Shown here: positions 8,733 to 18,357 of the stretch, piece after piece | How the letters are laid out: each line of letters starts with the position of its first letter | How positions within the stretch are numbered: the stretch's first letter is position 1 | The notes under the pieces: generated by a model | What the model was told of the DNA's origin: nothing | Databases searched by the model: none | What the model saw: only the letters and a program-made list of their open reading frames with translations | Translations under genes and position numbers: made by a program | Origin: an uncultured Candidatus Micrarchaeota archaeon | Lineage (GTDB): Archaea; Micrarchaeota; Micrarchaeia; Micrarchaeales; CABMGC01 | Reading direction: 5' to 3' | Assembly: GCA_963753785.1 (NCBI GenBank) | Contig: CAVWDL010000007.1 | Location: 1 to 64,000 of the forward strand | Length of the DNA: 64,000 nucleotides

Positions 8733-10031
8733 TCACAGCCTGCGTATCCTCTTTCTCCCGAAGTAAACCGCGAGCCCCACCAAGAGCATCAATCCTGCTA
8801 TCTCGAGAACGAATGGTTTGCTCCAGTAGGCGGCGATCAGCGCCAATGACGCTATCCCGGACACGATGGGTATCAGCCTTGAACTGAGGACTGTGAGCTC
8901 CCCGTTCGCCTTCTTGATGAGCCTCAGTGTGGCGAATGAGCTGATGGCGTAGGGGATCAGAGTGAAAAAGACGGCGAGCGACGCCAGCGAGACGAAATCC
9001 TTGACAGTATATGCCAGCACCAGCGCCAGGACGGTCTGGATGATTATGGCCATGTAAGGAGTTCCGTACTTCGGATGGATCTTGGAGAATACCTGCGGAA
9101 GCAGGTCGTCCTTCGACATCGAGTACGATATCCTCGCGGCACCAAGGATCACCGCGTTCAGAGATCCGATTATCGCGACCAGGCCTCCGAGAGATATGAT
9201 TATTCCGCCTATCTCGGAACCCGTCACGTTTCGGAAGAGATCCGCAAGGGGCGACTGGGAGCTCACGTAGCCAGTCCATCTTGCGGCCCCGAGGAAAGTT
9301 GTCGAGACGAGGAGATAGATTATGGTGACGGACAGTATCGATATGATTATGGCCTTCGGGACCACCTTCTTCGCGTTCTTTATCTCCCCGTCGGGGACGG
9401 TTATGATCTCCACCCCCAGGAAAGCCCACAGTACGAGTATAGTCGCTGAGCCTATCGCAGGGAACAGGTTCGTGGTGCCCTCCGGCGCAAGGGGATACAG
9501 GTTAGTGACCTGGAAGAAGAAGATGAGGCCGATGACGAAGACTATTATCGCCGCCAGCTTTCCGACGGTGAATACGTCCTCGACTCTCGCCCCCGTCTCC
9601 ACGCCCCTGATGTTTATATAGGTGAGGAACAGGCCGGTCATCACTCCGATCGTGACCCTGATCAGGTCGGAGAATTGCGGAAGGAAGAATCCCAGGTACC
9701 AGCCGATCGCCCACTGTTCGGTTGATATCGTCAGCCAGTATCCGATCCAGAAGGTCCATCCGGTGAAGAATCCCGCGAAATTCCCGTATGCCTTATGCGC
9801 ATACGAGTACAGGCCGCCCACCCGAGGAACCTTTGCGGCCGCCTCCGCAAATGTAAAGCCCGCGAATATCGCATAGATCCCTCCGATCGCCCACGCGACA
9901 AGGGAATACGTGCCTGCCGACTCTGCGGCGACGAGGGGTATGATGAAGACTCCGGAGCCCAGCAGGAAGCCTATCCCGAGCATGACGCAGTCGAAAAGGC
10001 CCATCTCGCGGATTATTCGTATCTTCCTCAT
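8733..10031 (-). CDS. APC-family amino acid / polyamine permease
   Basis: A 12-TM protein with an N-terminal GxG-rich motif (MLGIGFLLGSGVFIIPLVAAESAG) typical of amino-acid permeases. Confidence 0.8.
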   Translation of the reverse strand: MRKIRIIREMGLFDCVMLGIGFLLGSGVFIIPLVAAESAGTYSLVAWAIGGIYAIFAGFTFAEAAAKVPRVGGLYSYAHKAYGNFAGFFTGWTFWIGYWLTISTEQWAIGWYLGFFLPQFSDLIRVTIGVMTGLFLTYINIRGVETGARVEDVFTVGKLAAIIVFVIGLIFFFQVTNLYPLAPEGTTNLFPAIGSATILVLWAFLGVEIITVPDGEIKNAKKVVPKAIIISILSVTIIYLLVSTTFLGAARWTGYVSSQSPLADLFRNVTGSEIGGIIISLGGLVAIIGSLNAVILGAARISYSMSKDDLLPQVFSKIHPKYGTPYMAIIIQTVLALVLAYTVKDFVSLASLAVFFTLIPYAISSFATLRLIKKANGELTVLSSRLIPIVSGIASLALIAAYWSKPFVLEIAGLMLLVGLAVYFGRKRIRRL

Positions 10032-10280
10032 GGGATCATGCGACCGGTTCGGACGCGCTTACGGCCATGAAAGCGCAGATGCCAATCATACATCCGGCAC
10101 CCTTTTCCGGTTACGTCAAACAGTAAGAAGCCAAGTGATAAATACATTGGTCTGGGCAGGACCGGGATCCGGACAGGCGTGAAATTCGAGCGCGTTCCCC
10201 TCTAAGAGAGTAAAGGAAACTTTTGCAAGGTGATGTTCTGTTTAGTAGCCTTTTAAATACTTTGCTTGGTAAAGAAAACT

Positions 10281-10919
10281 ATGGCAAAAAGGAAAAGGGT
10301 GGAAAATACAACAAAGACTACTACAGCTACAACCACCTCAAGGGGCAAGAAGGGACAGACGACTACGACGACCACCACCAGCAGCACCAAGGTGCCTGCG
10401 GCCAGGAGGGTGCCTCGGGCGGCGGCAAAAGAGGCGCAGCCCAAAAAGGCAGGGCATTGGAGGGCAATAGGCGCCATAATCGTCCTTTTGCTGATATTGC
10501 TAGTTGCCATTTACCTATTGATGAACTCCGCGACGCCCGCGCAGCAGCGAAGCCAGTTCGCCGGCCAGCTCTCTGCGATGCAGGGCAACGGCCAGAAGAT
10601 CACCGCGTTCTATCTCGCCAATGCGCCGACGTACCAGCTCCCCGTGAGCCAGAGCTGGGCGGTGCAGGTGACTGACGCGGACTCCGCAAGCGCACAGATA
10701 GGGCAGCTCACGATAAGCTGGAACGGCCAGGCCAAGAGCTTCTCGATCCTTAACGGCATAGTGAACACTGGAATCTCTCCCACTTATGCGGTGACGATCC
10801 CCCACTCGGAGTTCATGTCGTTCTCGCAGGCGATTGTCACGGAGGACACGGCGGCCGCGGTCGGATACTACTACGCGTACTACGCTTCGGGAAACCTGAA
10901 GTACACGCTGGTTAGATGA
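10281..10919 (+). CDS. membrane-anchored extracytoplasmic protein, hypothetical
   Basis: ATG at 10281, with a TATA (CTTTTAAATAC) about 26 nt upstream. A Thr-rich low-complexity stretch is followed by one TM and a 150 aa extracellular domain. Confidence 0.45.
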   Translation: MAKRKRVENTTKTTTATTTSRGKKGQTTTTTTTSSTKVPAARRVPRAAAKEAQPKKAGHWRAIGAIIVLLLILLVAIYLLMNSATPAQQRSQFAGQLSAMQGNGQKITAFYLANAPTYQLPVSQSWAVQVTDADSASAQIGQLTISWNGQAKSFSILNGIVNTGISPTYAVTIPHSEFMSFSQAIVTEDTAAAVGYYYAYYASGNLKYTLVR

Positions 10920-10975
10920 TTCGCCCAGCATGACATGTTTTTAAGTGAATTTCTATGAACAAGGAAGGAACGGTG

Positions 10976-11218
10976 ATGGTCGGCCTGATTCTACTTGCAG
11001 TCGGGGCCCTGCTTGCATGGCAGAGCTACGTCACGGTTACCCAGTGCAGCTCGAACGGGGGCCAGATAGCCACGATCATAAGCAACATCTTCGGAGGCGA
11101 CAGGGCCCAGACCTGCTCGAACGCCCAGGTGGTCGAGATAGGCGGTGTCGCCGCCGCGATAGTGGGCCTCGTGGTTGCACTTTTCGCACTGTCAGGCAAA
11201 GGAGACAGCGAAGGCTGA
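10976..11218 (+). CDS. small membrane protein (2 TM), hypothetical
   Basis: I chose the internal ATG (MVGLILLAV...), which lies 31 nt after TTTTTAAG. Two hydrophobic helices flank Cys-containing loops. Confidence 0.35.
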   Translation: MVGLILLAVGALLAWQSYVTVTQCSSNGGQIATIISNIFGGDRAQTCSNAQVVEIGGVAAAIVGLVVALFALSGKGDSEG

Positions 11219-11276
11219 TTTTCAGGAATCCAAGGAGTTCAGGTCAGACAGGAATTCCGGCTGCGGGATTCCGGCT

Positions 11277-11519
11277 TCATATGCGCTTGAGCTCCTTTCT
11301 CGCCCTGTCGAGCTCCTTCTGCGCGTTCCTCATGTGGTCTGCGACGGTCTGCAGGTTCTCGATGAGCCCATACTTGAAGTCCCCCTTCAGCTTCTTCGCT
11401 AGCTCCTTGTTTATCGCGAGCACGTTCTTCTGGTGCTCCTTCAGGCTGCCCGACATCTTCTCGAGCATTCGGTAGTCGCCCATCAGCTCTGTCTTCTTAG
11501 GGAGTTTGGATTTTGCCAT
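11277..11519 (-). CDS. small alpha-helical (coiled-coil-like) protein, hypothetical
   Basis: An 80 aa K/E-rich ORF. A TATA (AAGTAATTTAAACC) lies about 30 nt upstream on the minus strand. Confidence 0.4.
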   Translation of the reverse strand: MAKSKLPKKTELMGDYRMLEKMSGSLKEHQKNVLAINKELAKKLKGDFKYGLIENLQTVADHMRNAQKELDRARKELKRI

Positions 11520-11657
11520 TCCATCTCACGTTTAGGTGATTCCAAGGTTTAAATTACTTGGCATCGGCAGGAGGCGGGGCCTTGGCGGAAGCGTCCGCGA
11601 CTTCACATAGGGAAATGAATAAATATGAATGGCTCAATAGTAACATTGGGTTTGCTT

Positions 11658-13580
11658 ATGTCAAAGAGAAATAATGTGGGTAGAGGGAACAGGATATTTT
11701 TGGTAGCTGCAGTTGCAGCGTTGCTGTTCGGATCTGCAATAGTCCTGGGATCAAGCCGCGGCATCGCTTCAGGGACGCTGCAGTTCGGCGGATCGCAGGT
11801 CCAGTCATACGTATCGGACATGTACAACGCGAGGGCGATCAACTCCAGCACTCCTTACTCGTTCGTGAACGGGCGCAAGACGTTCCAGCTTGGGACGCAG
11901 CAGGGCGTCGACTTCGGCAGCATAGTGTCGCCTTGCAATTCGAAAGGGAACGACGGATCCTACACTAAGGGAATATACAACTGCCAGCCGAGCATCTCAA
12001 GCGGCGCGACAGAGTCTCACGCCAAGCAGGCGACAAAGGGCGCAACTTCGGTGGAATCGTCCAACTGGGCGGGATGGGTCGGGACCAGCAGCACGGCGAC
12101 GGCCACCTCGGTGCAGGGATCCTGGGCAGTGCAGACCGCGAGCCCGACCTCCACACCTACATACTCGTCGCAGTGGATAGGGATAGGCGGATTTGGCGAC
12201 TCGACGCTGGTGCAGACTGGCACCGAGTCCGACTACTACGGCGGCGCCGCGCACTACTCGGCGTGGTACGAGCTCCTTCCCGCGTCAGAGACCCCGATAA
12301 GCGGATTCACGGTCTCCCCTGGGGACGAGATATATGCGAACATAACGCAGGGCACGTCGTCAAACAAATGGGTCATAACGCTAACTGACCTGACATCGAA
12401 CACCGCGTTCACGACGACGGTGACGTACAGCTCCTCGCAGCTCTCATCAGAATGGATAGAGGAGAGGCCGGAGATGTGCTCGGGCACGTGCACGCTGACC
12501 CAGCTGGCCAGCTTCGGGACCTCCTACTTCGGACAGGACTATAACGGAGTGGTCGGCACCAACTACGCCAGCATGGGCGCGGGTTCGCAGCCCATAAGCG
12601 GGCTCCCCGGACTGACATTGGTCTCGATGGTCAACCAGAGCGGGAGCACCATCACCACCCTCGCCCAGCCGTCGGCGCTGAGCGCGGACGGAACCAGCTT
12701 CAACGTGACGGAACCCGCCAACATGGTGACCACGATCACGACGTCGATACTGACGTCAACTACGACCGCCCCGACCACGACGGTCCCGGCGAACTCAATG
12801 CAGGTGGTCCTTGTACAGAATGCATGCGCGGCAAACGCGGTCTCGGGAAGCAACACCCTCTCATTCCCATCCCCGGTCAATGCCGGAGACATGCTCGTCA
12901 TCGCGGCGGGCGCGGGCACCTACGGGGGATCGACGATAACGTCCCCTCCCAAGGACTCGCAGGGCAACGCATGGACCGCGCTCGAGACGGAGGGAGGAAC
13001 CGCATACTACAGCTCCTCCGGAATATGGTACGCGACAGCCAAGGCGGGCGGCACCGACGCGGCTACGGTCAACTTCAACAGCTACATCAGGAACACGGTG
13101 TGCGTCTATGAGCTCTCGGGCGCATCGGCTCCCACCGGAGCCAAGTCTGAATCGGCCGCGAGCCTGAGCGCATCCGTCAGCTCCCTGAGCTACCAGCCGG
13201 GCGCATTCCTCCTCGGCGAGGTCGGATCCTACGAGTCTGGAGTGGTGACGGGAACTTCCGGATTCGTCACGGACATGGACTTCCCCAACTACGACCTGAC
13301 TGAGCACTACTTCGCCACGGTCGCGGGATCGAGCACGTTCCCCGTCAACTGGACAGCGGGAACATACGAGAGGTACACTGAGGACGCGGCGGTGTTCAAC
13401 CCCGTGACGACTTCGACGACCAGCACCTCGACATCGACAACATCGACGTCCAGCACGTCGACAAGCTCGACATCGTCAACCACCTCCAGGTCGACCTCGT
13501 CCACGACCAGCAGGGCCACGACCTCCAGGTCGACGTCGGTGACGACGTCGCGCACCACTACGATAATGAGGCTCAGATAG
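11658..13580 (+). CDS. secreted eqolisin-like glutamic peptidase homolog (peptidase G1/A4 family) with S/T-rich linker and uncharacterised C-terminal domain
   Basis: A signal peptide is followed by motifs that parallel scytalidoglutamic peptidase: SNWAGWV, SSQWIGIGG (near the catalytic Gln), LVQTGTE, YSAWYELLP (catalytic Glu) and SEWIEERP. The C-terminal about 200 aa domain (VVLVQNACA...IRNTVCVYELSG...VFNP) recurs in 13755..15740 and 59025..61481. The start was moved to ATG 11658, with a TATA about 30 nt upstream. Confidence 0.6.
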   Translation: MSKRNNVGRGNRIFLVAAVAALLFGSAIVLGSSRGIASGTLQFGGSQVQSYVSDMYNARAINSSTPYSFVNGRKTFQLGTQQGVDFGSIVSPCNSKGNDGSYTKGIYNCQPSISSGATESHAKQATKGATSVESSNWAGWVGTSSTATATSVQGSWAVQTASPTSTPTYSSQWIGIGGFGDSTLVQTGTESDYYGGAAHYSAWYELLPASETPISGFTVSPGDEIYANITQGTSSNKWVITLTDLTSNTAFTTTVTYSSSQLSSEWIEERPEMCSGTCTLTQLASFGTSYFGQDYNGVVGTNYASMGAGSQPISGLPGLTLVSMVNQSGSTITTLAQPSALSADGTSFNVTEPANMVTTITTSILTSTTTAPTTTVPANSMQVVLVQNACAANAVSGSNTLSFPSPVNAGDMLVIAAGAGTYGGSTITSPPKDSQGNAWTALETEGGTAYYSSSGIWYATAKAGGTDAATVNFNSYIRNTVCVYELSGASAPTGAKSESAASLSASVSSLSYQPGAFLLGEVGSYESGVVTGTSGFVTDMDFPNYDLTEHYFATVAGSSTFPVNWTAGTYERYTEDAAVFNPVTTSTTSTSTSTTSTSSTSTSSTSSTTSRSTSSTTSRATTSRSTSVTTSRTTTIMRLR

Positions 13581-13593
13581 GGCGGAATCGCCC

Positions 13594-13618
13594 GGGAGGA
13601 GATCTTCCTCCCGGGACT
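13594..13618 (+). other. GC-rich hairpin (CCCGGGAGGAGATCTTCCTCCCGGG) immediately 3' of eqolisin-like gene 1
   Basis: A near-perfect inverted repeat with a 9-10 bp stem and no downstream T-tract. It may be an RNA 3' end structure. Confidence 0.3.
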
Positions 13619-13688
13619 TCCCTCCAATCCCGATGTCGTAAAGGGCGCGACATCGGTAACAAATTTTAATCGACGGGCTGTGATTTCA

Positions 13689-13732
13689 CCAATGCTTAAA
13701 TAGGCGGAAAAGCACAATCAATGTATAAATCC
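13689..13732 (+). promoter_or_regulatory. tandem BRE/TATA-like promoter consensus (CCAATGCTTAAATAGGCGGAAAAG then CAATGTATAAATCC)
   Basis: The second TATA lies 27 nt upstream of ATG 13755. It is the best example of the recurrent motif. Confidence 0.55.
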
Positions 13733-13754
13733 ATCAAGAGCATCGGGGCGGTTA

Positions 13755-15740
13755 ATGGTGAATGGGAGCAGAACAAAAAACAGGAAAGGAATCTTTTTCT
13801 TTGCCGTGATATTCGCATTGCTGCTCGCGTCGGTCTCGGTCGTTAACTCGAGCCGCGGCGGCGCACCCGCAACACTGATGCTGCAGGGCAGCGGGAATTG
13901 GATCCGCCCGAACATGTCTGACAGGTACAACGCGAGGACCATAGACTCGGGCACCCCCTACATCTTCTCGGACGGGCGTAAGACGTTCCAGCTTGGGACG
14001 CAGCCGGGCATAGATTTCAGCACCATAGTGTCGCCGTGCAGCTCGGGACACGGCGCAGGCAAACAGTATACTCGCGGGATATACAACTGCCCTCATGCAT
14101 TCTCCAGCGGCGGGGCGGTGGCCCAGACAGGAAACGCAGGCGGCACTTCGACATCATTCAACTGGGCCGGATGGGCGGGTTCCGGGACGGCGGCTGCGGC
14201 CAACTCGGTGCAGGGGTCGTGGAAGGTGCAGACCGCAAACCCGAGCAACACCGCCACCTACTCGTCGCAATGGATTGGGATAGGCGGCTACAGCGCCAGC
14301 GACACGACGCTGATACAGGTGGGCACGGAGTCCGACTACTACGACGGCTCGGCGCAATACGTCGCATGGTACGAGCTGATTCCCGCGGGCGAGGTTCCGA
14401 TAAACGGATTCGACATCTCCCAGGGCGACGTGATATCAGCTAACATAATTAAGGGAACGGGCCCAGGCGCATGGACCATAACGCTTACAGACATAACGAC
14501 GAACCAGGCATTCACCACGACTGTCACGTACAGCTCGTCCCAGCTCTCCTCCGAATGGATAGACGAGAGGCCAGACATATGCTCGACCACGTGCACTGAG
14601 GCGCCGCTGACAAACTTCGGAAAGGCATACTTCGGGAGCGATTACACGGGAGTGGCGGGGACTGATTACGCCAACATGGGAACTTCGCAGCCCATAAGCG
14701 GGATTCCGGGCCTATACTCGATCACACTGATAGGCGACGGCGGAGGCGGCGTGCTCGAACAGCCCTCGACGCTGAGTTCCGACGGCACGAGCTTCAGCAT
14801 CTCTGAGTCGGCACCCACGTCCACCACAACTACGGTATCCACATCGACGATCCCTACGACGACCATAATGCCGACTTCGACGACAAGCGTGACCACTTCA
14901 ACCTCCACGCGCACGACCCGCTCGACCACGTCCACGCGGCCCACCACTTCGACCGCCTCGACCCGATCGACAACGTCCACCAAACAGACGACATCGACGG
15001 CCTCCACCTCGACCAGACCTACGACTTCAACCGTCTCCACGACGTCCACCAAGAGCACGACGGTGCCGACAACAACCTCGACGCTGGCGACCACTTCGAC
15101 GGTCGCAACCACCGCATCCACCACGACCATACACCAGGTGGTGCTGGTGCAGAGCGCGTGCGCGACGAGCGCGGTCTCAGGAACCAACACGATCGCATTC
15201 GCTTCCCCCGTCAAGAAGGGCGACCTGATAGTCGCGGCCGCAGCCGCGGGAACATACGGAGGATCCTCGATATCTGCGGTTTCGGACTCCCAGGGCAACA
15301 GCTGGTCCGCGGGAGAGGTTGCTTACGCGGCGGGGGACTACGGCTTCTCCATAATCTTTGGGACCTCCGCAAAGAGCGCGGGGGCGGACAGTGTCTCCGT
15401 CAACTTCAACAATTACATCAGGAACGGACTTTGCATCTACGAGCTCTCCGGAATCTCCTCATTGAGCGAGGCGAAATCCACATCGACCTCGAGCACGAGC
15501 ACCTCCGTCGCATCTGTCCCGTACCAGTCGGGAGCGCTGCTTCTCGGGGCCGTCGGATCGTTCGAGTCGGGAACGGCCACGGGAACCTCAGGTTTCACGG
15601 TGGACCAGAACCTCGGCGGCTACAGCCTCATCGAGCACAGGACCACGGCGAGCTCGGGCTCCAGCACCTTCCCCGTGACATGGACGGAAGGGTACTACGA
15701 GCAGTACACGGAGTCGGTGATGGTCTTCAACCCTTCCTGA
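13755..15740 (+). CDS. secreted eqolisin-like glutamic peptidase homolog, paralog of 11658..13580
   Basis: The same motif set is present (SFNWAGWAG, SSQWIGIGGY, LIQVGTE, YVAWYELIP, SEWIDERP). It also has the same C-terminal domain and a long S/T/R-rich linker. Confidence 0.6.
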   Translation: MVNGSRTKNRKGIFFFAVIFALLLASVSVVNSSRGGAPATLMLQGSGNWIRPNMSDRYNARTIDSGTPYIFSDGRKTFQLGTQPGIDFSTIVSPCSSGHGAGKQYTRGIYNCPHAFSSGGAVAQTGNAGGTSTSFNWAGWAGSGTAAAANSVQGSWKVQTANPSNTATYSSQWIGIGGYSASDTTLIQVGTESDYYDGSAQYVAWYELIPAGEVPINGFDISQGDVISANIIKGTGPGAWTITLTDITTNQAFTTTVTYSSSQLSSEWIDERPDICSTTCTEAPLTNFGKAYFGSDYTGVAGTDYANMGTSQPISGIPGLYSITLIGDGGGGVLEQPSTLSSDGTSFSISESAPTSTTTTVSTSTIPTTTIMPTSTTSVTTSTSTRTTRSTTSTRPTTSTASTRSTTSTKQTTSTASTSTRPTTSTVSTTSTKSTTVPTTTSTLATTSTVATTASTTTIHQVVLVQSACATSAVSGTNTIAFASPVKKGDLIVAAAAAGTYGGSSISAVSDSQGNSWSAGEVAYAAGDYGFSIIFGTSAKSAGADSVSVNFNNYIRNGLCIYELSGISSLSEAKSTSTSSTSTSVASVPYQSGALLLGAVGSFESGTATGTSGFTVDQNLGGYSLIEHRTTASSGSSTFPVTWTEGYYEQYTESVMVFNPS

Positions 15741-15837
15741 CGCGCTCCGTCCAGCTTATCTCCCTTCGATTCCGGATCCCAGCGCAGCTCGGGGCCAATA
15801 CGCTGGGCCTTGCGCAAGGCCCGGTTCGATGCTCCGA

Positions 15838-16761
15838 CTAGCTGGTCAATGGACCAGGAAGCGCGGTTATCGCCGCAGATGTCGCGCCGCCCAGGGCGGT
15901 CTCGTTCATCGAGTAGACGATGTTTGCGGTCGCGGCCTGGCCGGAGACTGTCATCTTGGCGGTCCCCACCAGGTGCTGGGTCAGCCAGGTGTGGTACTGG
16001 GTGGTGATGCAGGTCGCCAGGGTGCCGTTCAGGATCATCGCTGACGACGACTTCAGCTTCACATCGACGTACAGGTTCCCCTTCACAAGAATGCAGGGCA
16101 TGCCGTTGTAGCTGCTGTTAGAGAGCGCGATGTTGCTGAAGTAGCCGGTCACGTTGGTTCCCGAGCCCTGCTGGCCTGCCAGGAACCCGACGCCTCCCGC
16201 GCTGCTCCATATGCTCACGTTCGCGGACGTCTGCTTGCACGAGAAGGCGCTTGCGCCAAGGCTCGAGCACGAGTATTCCTTGCCGGAGGTGGAGTTGAAT
16301 ATCGTGGATGTGGAGGACTTCTGTCCCGCCACGTTGGCTGTGCTGTCTATCCTTGAATCCTTGTTGTACCTCCTTATCGTGGTCGTTCCGTTGCTGCTCG
16401 ATGAATAGGTGATGGGGCTGCTCAGGGATATGGAGTACGCATAGAAGTATGACGCGTTCAGCGTGCCCATCGTCTCGTAGGTCGAGTTCCCTATGTCGGC
16501 GCCCAGCTGTGTCAGCGTCAGGTTCTTGCCCGCCAGGCTCTGGAGGGTGACTGGCGCTTCGGTGTTCTGCTTAACGACCGATGCCACGGTCGTCTCCTGG
16601 GTCGTCGACGCTCCCGGCACTGACGAAACGGAAACTGTTGTCGTGGCCGTCGGCGTGCTCTTGGTCCCGGAAAGAACAAGTATGCCTCCCACTACCACTA
16701 TCAACACTACGACGCCTATTGCCGCCATCTGCATGTTGCCCATGCCTTTTGCCTGATTCAT
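15838..16761 (-). CDS. surface (glyco)protein with N-terminal signal-anchor, S/T-rich, many NxS/T sequons
   Basis: The ORF track frame is 15838..17370. I trimmed it to internal Met codons at 16761/16743 because the upstream part overlaps the plus-strand gene 16883..17221. The hydrophobic N-terminus is AAIGVVVLIVVVGGILVL. Confidence 0.5.
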   Translation of the reverse strand: MNQAKGMGNMQMAAIGVVVLIVVVGGILVLSGTKSTPTATTTVSVSSVPGASTTQETTVASVVKQNTEAPVTLQSLAGKNLTLTQLGADIGNSTYETMGTLNASYFYAYSISLSSPITYSSSSNGTTTIRRYNKDSRIDSTANVAGQKSSTSTIFNSTSGKEYSCSSLGASAFSCKQTSANVSIWSSAGGVGFLAGQQGSGTNVTGYFSNIALSNSSYNGMPCILVKGNLYVDVKLKSSSAMILNGTLATCITTQYHTWLTQHLVGTAKMTVSGQAATANIVYSMNETALGGATSAAITALPGPLTS

Positions 16762-16882
16762 GAAAATTACCTGAAAATATATCCCGAATAAGTTTATTAA
16801 ATCAGTGCGGAAGCCGCGCGGGGATTGGGGAAGTTCGCAGGCGTCCGCATCGACTTTTATGCTTTGTGAACGCAAGCAGACC

Positions 16883-17221
16883 ATGGCAAAAAGCATTGTG
16901 GGAAAAGTGAAGAACAGCAGGTTCGCCTTCTTCTGGCTGCTGATAGGCGGCGGCGCGGGAAACATCGCAATGGATCTCATGTCCCCGTACCTGCCGACGG
17001 CGACATTCCTGCCGCCCGCGGTCCTCTCGATACTGATCGCCATCGCGATTGCGAACGGCACTCGGAGGCCCAAGATCTGGCTAGGAATCGACTTGGCCCT
17101 GGCGTTCGCCCTGTTCGCGGCGATGATGTCCTTCGCGGTGCCGGCGGCGGTAAGATGGACGATCTCGGTTCCCGGAATCATGATGATGCTCGGATGCGTA
17201 CTTGGCATAATGGACTGGTGA
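16883..17221 (+). CDS. small integral membrane protein, hypothetical
   Basis: ATG at 16883 (MAKSIVGK...). It has three hydrophobic helices. Confidence 0.45.
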   Translation: MAKSIVGKVKNSRFAFFWLLIGGGAGNIAMDLMSPYLPTATFLPPAVLSILIAIAIANGTRRPKIWLGIDLALAFALFAAMMSFAVPAAVRWTISVPGIMMMLGCVLGIMDW

Positions 17222-17274
17222 AGCGGCAACGGGCAGGCGGTCGGGTTCTTAAATTTTAACAGGAAGTAGGATGC

Positions 17275-18336
17275 ATGGATTCGGCAGTAACTGATGAGCC
17301 CGGAGCTCCTCTTCCCGGGCAGGGCGCCGCGGATGCCACTGCGCAGAACCAGGCGCCTGCGCGGAGGCACGGCATCAAGCTGGCCCTTATCGAGGCGCTC
17401 TTCGTCGCTGCGATTCTCCTCGTGGTGATACCCTTCCTGCTTGGGTTCTTCGGAACCCAGGCAATAAAGAATACCACCATGTCCGCACAGCCGGGATCAA
17501 ATGTCATATTCCCCAAGGGTACAATCCACATCGAGCCGCTCTCGACTCCAGGATGCGAACCGCCGGAGTGCAAGACGCTGTACTACAACAATTTCACGGT
17601 GTCCGGAAATGCGGCGGGAGAAAACGTGACGGGATCATATGTTTCGCAGTACAGGATAGTTTTCGCGATATTCGCATCCGCCCAATTCACGGAGGTAAGG
17701 CACGGGAACTCGTCACGCCTCTTCTCCGAATCAGGGGAGAGCGAATATTTCAGGTATGACAAGGGGGCGACGGTGAATGCGCACCTGCCGAACGGGAGCT
17801 ACTTCGTCCTGTTCTACTATCCCAACGACTCGGCGGACAACCTGACGGTGACAAGCCCGATGGCCCTCGGATACTCCGCGGTGGCGGGAACGCCGACCAC
17901 GACGGTCGTGACGCCCCCTCCAAACTCCAATCAGTCGGGCGCATCGCAGATAACTGCGACACCCCAGCTATGGAAGATCACAAACAAAGCGGGACAGGTC
18001 GCAACGGTGACGGTCGACCCTGTAACCTCGCGCAATGAGACTTTCGATGAAACGGCAGGCAGCCCGGGATGGTGGGTCTCGGATTCGAACGGCGACCATA
18101 TCGACCGATTCAACATCGCCGGACGCGTCTCGCGGGGAAGCTCCGGAGACATCTGGACTTTCTTGAACCTCGAAGCGGCTGGAGAGGGATACAGGTGCAA
18201 CGGAACTGCTGAAGGAGTCGCAAAGGGCAATTTCCCGAATGCGACCTATGCCAACGGCACATACAGCCTGACCTGCATCTACCCCAATGGCACGGTCACG
18301 GGATCCGGGCCGTGGATAGGAGAAAGGGAAGGATAG
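17275..18336 (+). CDS. single-pass membrane-anchored extracellular protein, hypothetical
   Basis: One TM (LALIEALFVAAILLVVIPFLLGFF) precedes a 280 aa domain with Cys pairs and many N-glycosylation sequons. Confidence 0.5.
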   Translation: MDSAVTDEPGAPLPGQGAADATAQNQAPARRHGIKLALIEALFVAAILLVVIPFLLGFFGTQAIKNTTMSAQPGSNVIFPKGTIHIEPLSTPGCEPPECKTLYYNNFTVSGNAAGENVTGSYVSQYRIVFAIFASAQFTEVRHGNSSRLFSESGESEYFRYDKGATVNAHLPNGSYFVLFYYPNDSADNLTVTSPMALGYSAVAGTPTTTVVTPPPNSNQSGASQITATPQLWKITNKAGQVATVTVDPVTSRNETFDETAGSPGWWVSDSNGDHIDRFNIAGRVSRGSSGDIWTFLNLEAAGEGYRCNGTAEGVAKGNFPNATYANGTYSLTCIYPNGTVTGSGPWIGEREG

Positions 18337-18357
18337 GGAGGTCGGAGTTTTTACTGC

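Noticed and set aside
8632-9449. ORFs 8632..9429 (-) and 9075..9449 (+) inside the APC permease region
   Set aside because: They are out-of-frame or antisense shadows of the 12-TM permease gene. They are Arg/Pro/His-rich, as expected for wrong frames in GC-rich DNA.
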